From a candidate division FCPU426 bacterium (lineage in GTDB: Bacteria > Oederibacteriota > Muellerivitia > Muellerivitales > Muellerivitaceae), in NCBI GenBank assembly GCA_963847625.1, contig CAWKAR010000003.1:96001-160000 (forward strand): a DNA stretch of 64,000 nucleotides, written 5' to 3'. Within the stretch, counting starts at the first letter, position 1; each line of letters starts with the position of its first letter. The notes below the pieces were generated by a model, which was not told the DNA's origin, ran no database searches, and worked only from the letters and a program-made list of their open reading frames with translations. The translations under genes and the position numbers were made by a program. Positions 48,953 to 57,544 of this stretch are shown piece by piece.

Positions 48953-49033
48953 TGTTTATTTAACACCCAACTAATGGTTTCTGAATGAGCCCCAACCCCT
49001 TGACTCTTTATTTGCATATGCAATAATATATAT

Positions 49034-49333
49034 ATGTTTGATATCCAATTTTCGACCGGTGTCTGGAATGACCTGAAGCCCATCCCCATACGGGGCCAAC
49101 GGATCATCCTCGATGCGATCGAAGAACAACTCACACATCAGCCCGCGACAAAAACAAGGAACCGAAAGATACTATTGAACCTGGTGCCTCCCTGGCAAAA
49201 TATGCCGCCAATATGGGAATTAAGGGTTGATGATTACCGTGTTTTTTACGATGTAGCTGAGGAGGAACAAACGGTGTATGTGCGGACCATCCGTTACAAA
49301 CCGCCTCACAGCCGAACGGAGGATATTTTATGA
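49034..49333 (+). CDS. RelE/ParE-family toxin
   Basis: WELRVDDYRVFYDV; ATGA-coupled to the next gene. Confidence 0.85.
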   Translation: MFDIQFSTGVWNDLKPIPIRGQRIILDAIEEQLTHQPATKTRNRKILLNLVPPWQNMPPIWELRVDDYRVFYDVAEEEQTVYVRTIRYKPPHSRTEDIL

Positions 49334-49578
49334 AAACAGTCAATGTCCGGGATCTTCAGAAAAAGATAAAAGAATTCGTCGATGCCTCCCAAAAGGACCG
49401 TGTGGTATTAACCCGCCATGGCAAGCCGTCAGCCATCCTGGTCGGGGTTGAGGGTGAAGACTGGGAAACGGTTGTGCAGGAAACCAACGCCGAATTTTGG
49501 AATTTAATCCAATCCCGCAGAAAGCAAAAAACCATCCCACTTGCCGTGATGAAAACCCGCTTGAAATTGAAAAAATAG
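49330..49578 (+). CDS. Phd/YefM-family antitoxin
   Basis: MKTVNVRDLQKKI...VVLTRHGKPSAILV. Confidence 0.88.
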   Translation: MKTVNVRDLQKKIKEFVDASQKDRVVLTRHGKPSAILVGVEGEDWETVVQETNAEFWNLIQSRRKQKTIPLAVMKTRLKLKK

Positions 49579-49633
49579 TTGTCCAATCCCACTGCCATTT
49601 GCTGCGGTGCAAATGGCTCCCCGGGTTGGACTC
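49579..49633 (+). repeat. Terminal cassette-boundary site I with 25-nt hairpin insert; tRNA 3'-end-like on the minus strand
   Basis: TTGTCCAATCC-[CACTGCCATTTGCTGCGGTGCAAAT]-GGCTCCCC-GGGTTGGACTC. Confidence 0.75.
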
Positions 49634-49662
49634 CCTTCGTTTCACTCAGGGCAAGCTCACCC

Positions 49663-49875
49663 TCAAGGCCGTCCTTTCCATAAAGCTTCCTTTCGGGACC
49701 TGTTCCACCCTTTGATCTCGCGTTCCCGGCGAGCCGCATCCCTCGCCGTTTATACCGTTTCCAAGTAGAGGGCTCGCTCGACACGGTGCTGTCGCAAGCG
49801 ATGTTGGAGATGGTTGGTTATTCCCGTGTAGTACTTCCCCTGCTTGGCAATGATGTAGACATACCATGTTGACAT
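49663..49875 (-). pseudogene. Small GIY-YIG nuclease (UPF0213-like) with in-frame stop
   Basis: Hand translation: MSTWYVYIIAKQGKYYTGITNHLQHRLRQHRVERALYLETV*TARDAARREREIKGWNRSRKEALWKGRP; TAA at 49750-49752. Confidence 0.8.
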
Positions 49876-49919
49876 GGAAAGGACTACCTTTCGGATCTCG
49901 TCCTTCAATAGCCTTTTAA

Positions 49920-50462
49920 CAGGTATCAAACGTTAAAAATCTCCTGGATTCCCGCGAGTGGATATCCGTTTCCAAAGAAGGCCTGCAATTGACGCGTCCA
50001 AAAGAACTGTTGATGGAATGGGCGGGCAGGTACCGGTATAACGAAGACAACCATTTCGAGCGTTTTTACACCCTTAAATCTTACGAGGAGCTGATGGAGG
50101 TTTTATCCCGGAATGATTTGGGCTCGCAAATAATCGGTTACACGAATAGGTTCGCGCTGACAAGTTTCTCGGGATCGAATTTGTTATCCCCTTATATTCG
50201 CAGTAAAACCATAAGCTTTTATGTCGATGATATTGATTTTTGGATAGCACGAATGGAACTAAAAAGGGTTGAGAGCGGGGAGAATGTGTTCCTAGTGAGG
50301 CCCTATGACGAAGGGGTTTACTACGGGTCGAAAAACGAAAAGGGGGTGCCTGTGGTTTCCCCCATCCAGTTATACTTGGATTTGAAAACCTCAGGCGGGC
50401 GCGGTGAGGACGCGGCGGAAAATTTATTGAAGGAAGTTATCGAAAAACAATGGCAAATTTAA
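49920..50462 (+). pseudogene. 5'-truncated duplicate of the AbiEi-like antitoxin
   Basis: Translation identical to the C-terminal part of 15298..16395. Confidence 0.9.
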
Positions 50463-51139
50463 GCGGTTATTCACAAGAGGTGGTTGAGGCGGCCAAATCG
50501 GTACTCATCGAGTGCGCCCATCTATTGGGTGAGTACCGTGAAAATATCGTTTTAGTGGGCGGCTGGGTGCCGACGCTCATCCTGCCGGACGCCATGGAAA
50601 ATCATATTGGCAGTACCGACGTTGATTTGGCCTTGGATCACCGGAAACTCCGGGATGCGGGGTATCAAAAAATCGAGAAACTTCTTTTGGGCGCCGGATA
50701 TGAAAGGACCGAGAAGCCGTTTCAATACCAGAAAAAAGTGAGGGGAATACCAGTTTTCGTTGATCTTCTTGCCGGTGAATATTCAGGCACGGGCAAAAGG
50801 CATCGGCATCAAAAAATACAAGGATTGAAAGCCCGTAAGGCGCGCGGTTGCGATTTGGCGTTTGAAAGCCCAGTTGAAATTACAATGGATGGCACCCTTC
50901 CTTCGGGAAGCCAGGATAGGGTTATGATCCGAGTGGCTTCCATTGTGAGTTTTATCGTTATGAAAGGCATGGCTTTGGCCGGTCGTTTCAAACCCAAGGA
51001 TGCCTATGACATCTATTTTTGCGTGCTTTATTATCCGGGCGGGTTCAAGGGTCTTGCCGCCGAGTTTAAAGGTCATGCCGATAACCTATTGGTCAAAGAA
51101 GGTTTGGAAAAAATCCGTAATCCGGAATTTCCCAGATGA
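50450..51139 (+). pseudogene. 3'-truncated duplicate of the AbiEii-like toxin
   Basis: Identical to 14510..15310 up to ...EKIRN, then reads into the IS end (PEFPR*). Confidence 0.9.
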
Positions 51140-52825
51140 CCTTCTCTGAAAACATTGCCGGGTAATTTGTTTCTCATTATATTCCCCCCCCCCGCTTCTT
51201 CCACCCGTATCCGGAATTTTCTGGCCCAAGGCCAGCGAAATGAGCCCAAAAAAGGGTTTCTGTGCCCCAAAAAAGTTGAAAATGACCTTCCAGAAAGCCA
51301 ATTCTCGTTGTGAACGCACACCTATCCCACGATGGTTGATCCGGTTGAAGCCATGAAGTGTTCCTGCGGTTATCGCAGTACTGGCGCTCGCGGCCTTACC
51401 ATCGCCAGTAGCCTTATCCGTCCAAGGATTTCAGCAAACAGGCGTTGGGTAACCATCACCTCCGCCATCTGGAAAACCACGTACCGCGAATGGCGGATAA
51501 CGTTAGCTCCGATTTTGATAAGTTTTTCTCGCAACGTCGTCAGCGACCAATGCTTCACCAGTTCTGGCAGGGCTAGACGGCGAAGGAAGTTGCCCAAGTT
51601 GTAAGCCAGTGCAAATAGTTGCAACCTTACTTGGTTGTCCGCGAAGTCGTGGCAGCTTAGTCTTGTCCACTTCATCGCGTACTTTCCCTCCTTGATCCAT
51701 TGCTCAGCCGTACCTCTTCCGTTGTAGAACTTCACCACCTGGGGTGCCGGTCGTCGCATGTTCGTCACGATGAAACCCACCCTCGGGAAAAGTTCGCCGT
51801 TGTGATGCTCAATCTTCGCCACCACGCGGCGGGGTTTGTCCCAGCTGACGGCTTGGTATTGGAAGCTGTGATACCGGACAACCGGCTTGTGGGAAGGGCG
51901 GCCCACGGGACGGGTCAAAAATGGCTCAATTTCTCTTTGTAGCACGCCATTGGCGGGTTGGCGGATCGCATAAAGGTATCCTTCGTCTTCTAGGTACTCG
52001 TATAGTTCCTGACGGGCGAAGGCCGCGTCACCCCGGAAAAAACGGCTGATGGAAAGACCCCGATAACGGACAACCACTGGTTCAAGAACCGACCGCCACT
52101 CGTGGGCGCTGGCCACATTGCCGTTGCGCAACATTGCCCGTTCCAAATCGCCAAACTGGTTGAAACAAAACAGGGGATGGTAACAGGTACAGCCGAAGTA
52201 ACCGTTGTACAAGGAACCTTCTTGGTCCCCGTAGGTTTCACTCACGGAGCTGTCCATGTCGAGAATAATCTGCTGGATGGGCTTTTTTTCATGGACACCA
52301 TCAATCCATTGGCCAGATAGGTCAATCAGACCGGTCTGGTTCTTCGACTGGGTGAGAACTTCCGTCTCGAAACGTCCCATCTGGCTGGTGGAGGCAGCTT
52401 GTTTTTCCTTGGCCCGTCCTCCGATCACATGCCGCATCGCCGGATCAACACTCAATCGTTCTGCGTCGTTGGTGTCCTCGTAACCGGCTAGGCGGCTGTA
52501 GATTGATTGCCGCAAAAGCGCCGTCATCGTATGTTGCGTATTCTTGCCGGTTCGCCGATCCCTCAGAAGGTTTTCCGTTCTGTCAGTCAAACCAAAGGCT
52601 TCATCGAGTTCACGATAGGGAATCAACCCGCCATCGGAAGTGACCTTCGCGCCATGGAACTCCAGCTTGAGACCAGGATCAAAAACCACCCGAAGAGCGT
52701 CTTTTCCCCTTTCACCCATTGCATTCCCCCCTCTCGTGGTCCCCAAAGTGAAGAAAAACCTTTGTTTGTATGGCCAAACGACGCCTTATTATACTCGAAA
52801 GGTAATTTCATCTGGGAAATCCGGG
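51122..52825 (-). mobile_element. IS1380-family insertion sequence
   Basis: Terminal IRs CCGGAATTTCCCAGATGA and CCCGGATTTCCCAGATGA (16/18 identical). Confidence 0.9.
51370..52719 (-). CDS. IS1380-family DDE transposase
   Basis: VTSDGGL, LAGYEDTND, LDMDSS, YHPL, RGDAAF, YNGRGTAEQWIKEGK; probable start MGERG. Confidence 0.95.
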   Translation of the reverse strand: MGERGKDALRVVFDPGLKLEFHGAKVTSDGGLIPYRELDEAFGLTDRTENLLRDRRTGKNTQHTMTALLRQSIYSRLAGYEDTNDAERLSVDPAMRHVIGGRAKEKQAASTSQMGRFETEVLTQSKNQTGLIDLSGQWIDGVHEKKPIQQIILDMDSSVSETYGDQEGSLYNGYFGCTCYHPLFCFNQFGDLERAMLRNGNVASAHEWRSVLEPVVVRYRGLSISRFFRGDAAFARQELYEYLEDEGYLYAIRQPANGVLQREIEPFLTRPVGRPSHKPVVRYHSFQYQAVSWDKPRRVVAKIEHHNGELFPRVGFIVTNMRRPAPQVVKFYNGRGTAEQWIKEGKYAMKWTRLSCHDFADNQVRLQLFALAYNLGNFLRRLALPELVKHWSLTTLREKLIKIGANVIRHSRYVVFQMAEVMVTQRLFAEILGRIRLLAMVRPRAPVLR

Positions 52826-53641
52826 TTTAAATACCATTATTTTACCGTTTTGGGAAAGATGGCGGGAATTCTTTGAAAATCCGACTCCGACCGGAGGAAA
52901 ACCCCATTTGAAAGCCAATTTTGAATTTTGAGTTTTAAATTCTAAATTGTGGTTAGATTTCCGTGCCAATTATCCTTAAGACAGTTAATGAATTTGGTAC
53001 GGTACAGGCCGCATGAGGCTACCAGCCGAGTGCGAGGGTTGCCGGGGCAGATTTATATCAAATCTGTACCAGCCTCGCTATTAGTTTTATGGAAGGCCTA
53101 TGCGTCGAGGCTTCATGCCGACCAACCATAAAACTTAAGGGAGGCCGGTATAGTACCGATTTACTTCAATTATCCCGGGCATAGCCCGGGAATAACAAAT
53201 AGTTGAATCGGCACAAGCCGAGATGCGTTTCTGGTGTGCCGGGCCATCCATTAAAAAGCCCGGCCTGGCACGCATTTCGGAAATCCTCAATAATTCAACA
53301 TTTAACATTGAGAATTTAGAATTGCCGTTCCAGCCCATGCGGGTAGGACCCCGGCCTCTGCGGGCAGGGATGTGGGCGGTTTATCCCCCATACCGACGGA
53401 TGCCGCCGGAAATGTGGGCGGTTTATCTCCCCTACCCGCAAATGACACCGGGAATGTGGGCGGTTTATCTCCCCTGTCGGCAAATGACACTAGGAATGTG
53501 GGCAGTTTATCTCCCCCTACCGGCAAATGACACTAGGAATGTGGGCAGTTTATCTCCCCCTACCGGCAAATGACACTGGGAATGTGGGCAGTTTATCTCC
53601 CCTGTCGGCAGATGACACCGGGAATGTGGGCAGTTTATCTC

Positions 53642-54997
53642 GGTAGTGTATTTTTGGGGGGTGTAAAAAGAAGCGGGCGTAACATGGTGTTTGTCTAGAA
53701 CGCCATATCCTTTTTGTGAAAGGAAGTTACGCCCATGAAGAATATACACCTAGCCTTACAGGCCTTGGCAAGAGAGAAAACTCAAGCCTGGGTGAAATCT
53801 GTGGTTGGAAGCCGTGAGGTCGGCGAATGGGTAGGAGAAGCCCTGAATCAACAACTTTCGGAGGCTTTCAACGCCCAGTTGAGGAAAGAACGGGATGAAG
53901 CGTTGAATCGCCAGCCATATGAAAGGCAGGAAGGAAGCCGGTATCGCAATGGGTTCAAGCGGATCCTAGTTGCTGGATTTCTGGGACCTTTGGTGCTGAA
54001 AAAGCCAGTTTTGAGGAAAGGCGGATTTGTTTCGGAAACTCTGACGGCATTGAGAGATGGAAGCCAAGCCTTGGTGGGATTTCTGGGAATGAAGTTCTGG
54101 CTAAAGGGGGCTTCCACCCGGTCGGTGGCGGCAGGGATAAACGAGGCCTTTGGAACTAAGTGGACGGCCAATCACATTAGCCAGATGACCAATGCCTTAG
54201 AACCTACCCTGGAAGCCTGGGCTAAACGGCTATTACCCACAGGGATTCAATACTTGTACTTGGATGCGCTTTACCTGACGGTCAGGCGACAGGAAGCTGG
54301 TGTGAAACAGGCTTTGCTGGTGGCTATCGGGGTGGACGGGAACCTGAAGAGGCATTTTCTGGGGTACTTGGTGGGAGACCGTGAAAGTGAGGCGGCCTGG
54401 GAAGCCATGTTGGAAGACTTGTTGAACAGAGGCTTAGACAGGAAAAGCTTACGAATGGTGGTATCCGACGCCCACGGTGGGATTGTCGCGGCGGTGGAAA
54501 ATCGTCTTGGGATCCCCCATCAATTATGCTTGGTACACAAGATGGAGAACGTCCGGTGTCGAGTGGCCCAGAAGGACAGAAAGGCATTCATGGCGGATTT
54601 CAAGGCGGTGTATTGGGCCGAGAGTCGAGAAGAACGCCTTGGTGGCACTAGGAAGTCTCAAGGCTAAGTGGTCCAAAACCTATCCCAAAGCAGTGGAGAT
54701 GGCAGAGGAAAAATTCGACTCCTATACGCAGTTTTTCCAGGAAGACCGGAAGTTTTGGAAGATTACCCGCACCAGCAACCTAATCGAACGGCTTAACGAG
54801 GAGTTAAGGAAAAGGCTGAGGCCAGCGGGGATGATGCAGAACGAGCTGGAGATCGCTAAGTTGGTGTGGGGGGTAACCGAAACCCAACAACAAAATTGGA
54901 ACAAGACTAAAGTCTACACCTCAAGAAGGGAGGCGGAGGTTCAAGCTGCTTGATTAAGACGCCCGTGGAAATTTACACCCAAAATATTGACGCAGGG
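53642..54997 (+). mobile_element. IS256-family insertion sequence
   Basis: Imperfect IRs (GGTAGTGTA...GGGTGTAAA / TTTACACCC...GACGCAGGG); TTTATCTC duplicated at 53634-53641 and 54998-55005. Confidence 0.85.
53735..54953 (+). pseudogene. IS256 (Mutator) transposase, frameshifted near 54630
   Basis: YRNGF, YLYLDAL, GDRESEAAW, VSDAHGG, QLCLVHK in frame 1; RTSNLIERLNEELRKR in the shifted frame. Confidence 0.88.
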
Positions 54998-55189
54998 TTT
55001 ATCTCCCCCTACCGGCAAATGACACTAGGAATGTGGGCAGTTTATCTCCCCCTACCGGCAAATGACACTAGGAATGTGGGCAGTTTATCTCCCCCTACCG
55101 GCAAATGACACTAGGAATGTGGGCAGTTTATCTCCCCCTACCGGCAAATGACACTGGGAATGTGGGCAGTTTATCTCCCCTGCCGACGA

Positions 55190-55260
55190 GTTATCTCCCT
55201 AATGCCGCTGGGTTATCTCCCTAATGCCGCTGGGTTATCTCACATGCCGCCGGGTTATCC
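55190..55260. repeat. Short ~22-bp tandem repeat (about 3 copies)
   Basis: GTTATCTCCCTAATGCCGCTGG x2 plus degenerate copies; shares TTATCTCCC with the longer repeat. Confidence 0.75.
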
Positions 55261-55279
55261 CCTGGTTCCAGGGGGTGCT

Positions 55280-56311
55280 TTATCCTAGCAGTTCGTTCAC
55301 CTTGGCCATGACCTGGAAAGCGTCCGCCACGTAAACCACGTCCGCCTTGCCCTGAGCCCAGCCGCAATTGGGGTTCAGGTTGACCGCCCGGCGCTCGTTG
55401 ATGAACCTCCAGCCCACCGCGTGGGGTTCCTCGCCGTGACAGCAGGTGGCCAGCCCCTTTTGGTGCCGGGGTGTGGAACCTGTCTGCCCGATCTGGTTCA
55501 GGTGGCTCATGAAGGAAAGCACCAAGCCCTCCCCCTTCTGGTCCACGACGGATTTACTGCCCCCCAGGGATGCCCGGGTCTTCCCCAGGAAAGCCAGGAT
55601 GGTCTTCTCAGCCTCGGGGACCTTGGTTTGCCCGTCAGCCTGCTTTTTGCACCAGCCCGCGCCTGCCACGAACAGCAATTCGGCGTCGGGTTGGATGGTC
55701 TGGGTCCCAGACGAGGGGGATTTCTCCCCGGTAACCTTGGTTTTCGTTCCAGGGGCCGTAAAGGCGATTTTTTCGGAAGCCAGGCTTCCCGACCCGGCAT
55801 GGGTGGGAAAAGTTCCCACATCCACCGTCAGGAACCAGGGCCTTTGGGCCCGCTTGATCTGGGCCGACATCCTTTGGCGGTAAAACCACCGGGTGACCAG
55901 GGGAGCGCCGGAATCCGCAGCTAACTCCGTAATATGGGTGTCCACCTTCCCTCCCAGGCGTTGCGCGAGGCCCGCGATGACGCGCTGAATTCGGGAGGAA
56001 GCTGGCGCCACCACCAGGGTCGCGCCGGAAACCTTCACCAAGGCCTCGCAAGCCGCCGCGTCGGTGGCGTACCGGGATTGGTAAAGGGCGCCATCCTCGG
56101 CAACCAATGCCTTCTCAAAACCCGCGCCGGCCAGTTGGCCGGCCGCTCCCGAGGCCTTTTCCCCGAACAAACCAGCGATTAATTTTGCCCCGCCCAAGGC
56201 TGAGGCCAGGGTCTTGGCCGCCGTGGCGGCCTCCAGACCGGCTTTCCCGATTTTTCCGTCAGCCCCCACCGCCGTCAGTAAAAGAATGGTTTCCATGCTC
56301 AACCTCTCCAT
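55280..56311 (-). CDS. etfA: Electron transfer flavoprotein alpha subunit
   Basis: QIGQTGS, AVNLNPNC, ADVVYVADAF; operon context. Confidence 0.85.
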   Translation of the reverse strand: MERLSMETILLLTAVGADGKIGKAGLEAATAAKTLASALGGAKLIAGLFGEKASGAAGQLAGAGFEKALVAEDGALYQSRYATDAAACEALVKVSGATLVVAPASSRIQRVIAGLAQRLGGKVDTHITELAADSGAPLVTRWFYRQRMSAQIKRAQRPWFLTVDVGTFPTHAGSGSLASEKIAFTAPGTKTKVTGEKSPSSGTQTIQPDAELLFVAGAGWCKKQADGQTKVPEAEKTILAFLGKTRASLGGSKSVVDQKGEGLVLSFMSHLNQIGQTGSTPRHQKGLATCCHGEEPHAVGWRFINERRAVNLNPNCGWAQGKADVVYVADAFQVMAKVNELLG

Positions 56312-56314
56312 GAT

Positions 56315-56725
56315 TTAGTATTCTAAATTCATAAAATCTTTCAAAAAATTTTGCCACGGATGTACCGATTCACAATAAAACAATAAATGAAATCGGCACT
56401 ATACCGACCTCTTTATCTACTTTATAGAAGGTCGGCATGCAGGGGATTTCATTGGATATTAAATACTTTAAAATCTTTGTTTTATTAGACTATCCATTTC
56501 CATCCCATCAATCCATGGCTAAGACTTGCTTTGATTTTGCATTAGTATTCTAAATTCATAAAATCATTTAAATAATTTTGCCACGGATGCATGCGATTCA
56601 TGGGATTTAATAAACATAAATATTTAAAGCCTTTATTCTTTGGCCAATCTGAGTGAATCCCCTTAATCCGTGGCTAAGACTTGCTTTGATTTTGCATTAG
56701 AATTCAAAATTTAGAATTTAAAATT
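56315..56725. repeat. Intergenic duplicated GCCACGGAT...ATCCRTGGC elements with repeated flanks
   Basis: Two units (56353-56520, 56580-56675), each followed by AAGACTTGCTTTGATTTTGCATTAG; a related unit lies at 58649-58818. Confidence 0.7.
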
Positions 56726-57533
56726 ATTTTTTCTTGATCCAGTCCACAATTTCCCTCGCGATTTGGTCCACCGGCATATCCTTAATTACCTTCGTGTCCC
56801 TCTTTTGCTTGGGAAGGTTCACCGATTTGAACTCCAGCCCTTCCCCGGCCAGTTTCGCGGCCTTGGCCTTTTGCAGGGCCGGCATGAGGTTTTTCATGTT
56901 GGCCATCCCCAATTGGGGATTGTTGGGCGGCTCGGCCAGGTTGCCCGTGGCCCAACCCACCACGGCAGGAGGCCCCTCCAGGATCGATACCTGGTGCTTG
57001 CCGCCTTCCACGCGCTCCAGGATTTCCATCGTCCCGTCCGCCTGGACCGCCACCTGGTCCACGCCCTGGAACTGCTCGGCGATCCCAAGTCTTTCCCCCA
57101 GCATCGCCAGGGTGGCTCCCGCCCCGCGGGAAGCCGATTCCCATCCCCCAAAAAGAAGAAGCCGGGTCTTGTCCAATCCCGGGATGGATTGCACAGCTTC
57201 CGCCAGGGCGGCCGAGCATTCGCCCGCGTCCGTAAAACCGCCCGCCGGGGCGTCCACTGGAACCAGGTCGAAAGGCGCCTTTTGCGCCAGGGCCATCATG
57301 GATTGTTGCAGCTTGCCTTTTGGGGCCGCGCTCACCAGCCACACCTTGGTGCCGGCGTTGGCTTTGGCCATCGCGGCCGCCTCATAGAGGGCGCTGGCCG
57401 CCCAGGGGTCCAGGATAGAGGGCAGCATGGCCTCGTTTTTCAGGGCCGGCCCCGTGGGCCCGGTGATGGGTTCCAGGGTCTGGAGGGGATCCGGCACGAG
57501 CCCGCCGCAAACGATGATGTGGAACAAAGCCAT
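56724..57533 (-). CDS. etfB: Electron transfer flavoprotein beta subunit
   Basis: IIVCGGLVPD, LDPWAASALYEA, LLLFGGWES, LERVEGG. Confidence 0.85.
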   Translation of the reverse strand: MALFHIIVCGGLVPDPLQTLEPITGPTGPALKNEAMLPSILDPWAASALYEAAAMAKANAGTKVWLVSAAPKGKLQQSMMALAQKAPFDLVPVDAPAGGFTDAGECSAALAEAVQSIPGLDKTRLLLFGGWESASRGAGATLAMLGERLGIAEQFQGVDQVAVQADGTMEILERVEGGKHQVSILEGPPAVVGWATGNLAEPPNNPQLGMANMKNLMPALQKAKAAKLAGEGLEFKSVNLPKQKRDTKVIKDMPVDQIAREIVDWIKKK

Positions 57534-57544
57534 GTCATGCTCCT

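Larger units (their letters stand above)
49920..52825 (-). mobile_element. IS1380 transposition unit: IS plus 1202 bp of captured AbiE-locus DNA
   Basis: TTTAA at 49915-49919 and 52826-52830; 49920-51121 is the reverse complement of 14639-15840. Confidence 0.85.
53367..55188. repeat. 42/43-bp tandem repeat array (about 11 units) interrupted by IS256
   Basis: Unit AGGAATGTGGGCAGTTTATCTCCCCCTACCGGCAAATGACACT; about 6.5 units before and 4.5 after the IS. Confidence 0.92.

Noticed and set aside
16696..49633. Classical integron (attC/IntI) or XerCD pdif modules as the explanation for the dyad sites
   Set aside because: The sites lack RYYYAAC...GTTRRRY ends and the dif consensus. I see no IntI-type insertion in the integrase at 1-960. 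Several modules are multi-gene with internally divergent genes.
49614..49633. Intact tRNA gene
   Set aside because: Only 20 nt resemble a tRNA 3' end; no D-arm or anticodon arm is adjacent.
49920..51121. Assembly artefact as the cause of the inverted duplication
   Set aside because: One end coincides exactly with the IS1380 IR and a 5-bp TTTAA duplication flanks the whole unit, which favours real transposition. Read-level confirmation is still needed.
53367..55188. Possible CRISPR array
   Set aside because: Units are contiguous near-identical repeats with no unique spacers, and no cas genes are in the window.
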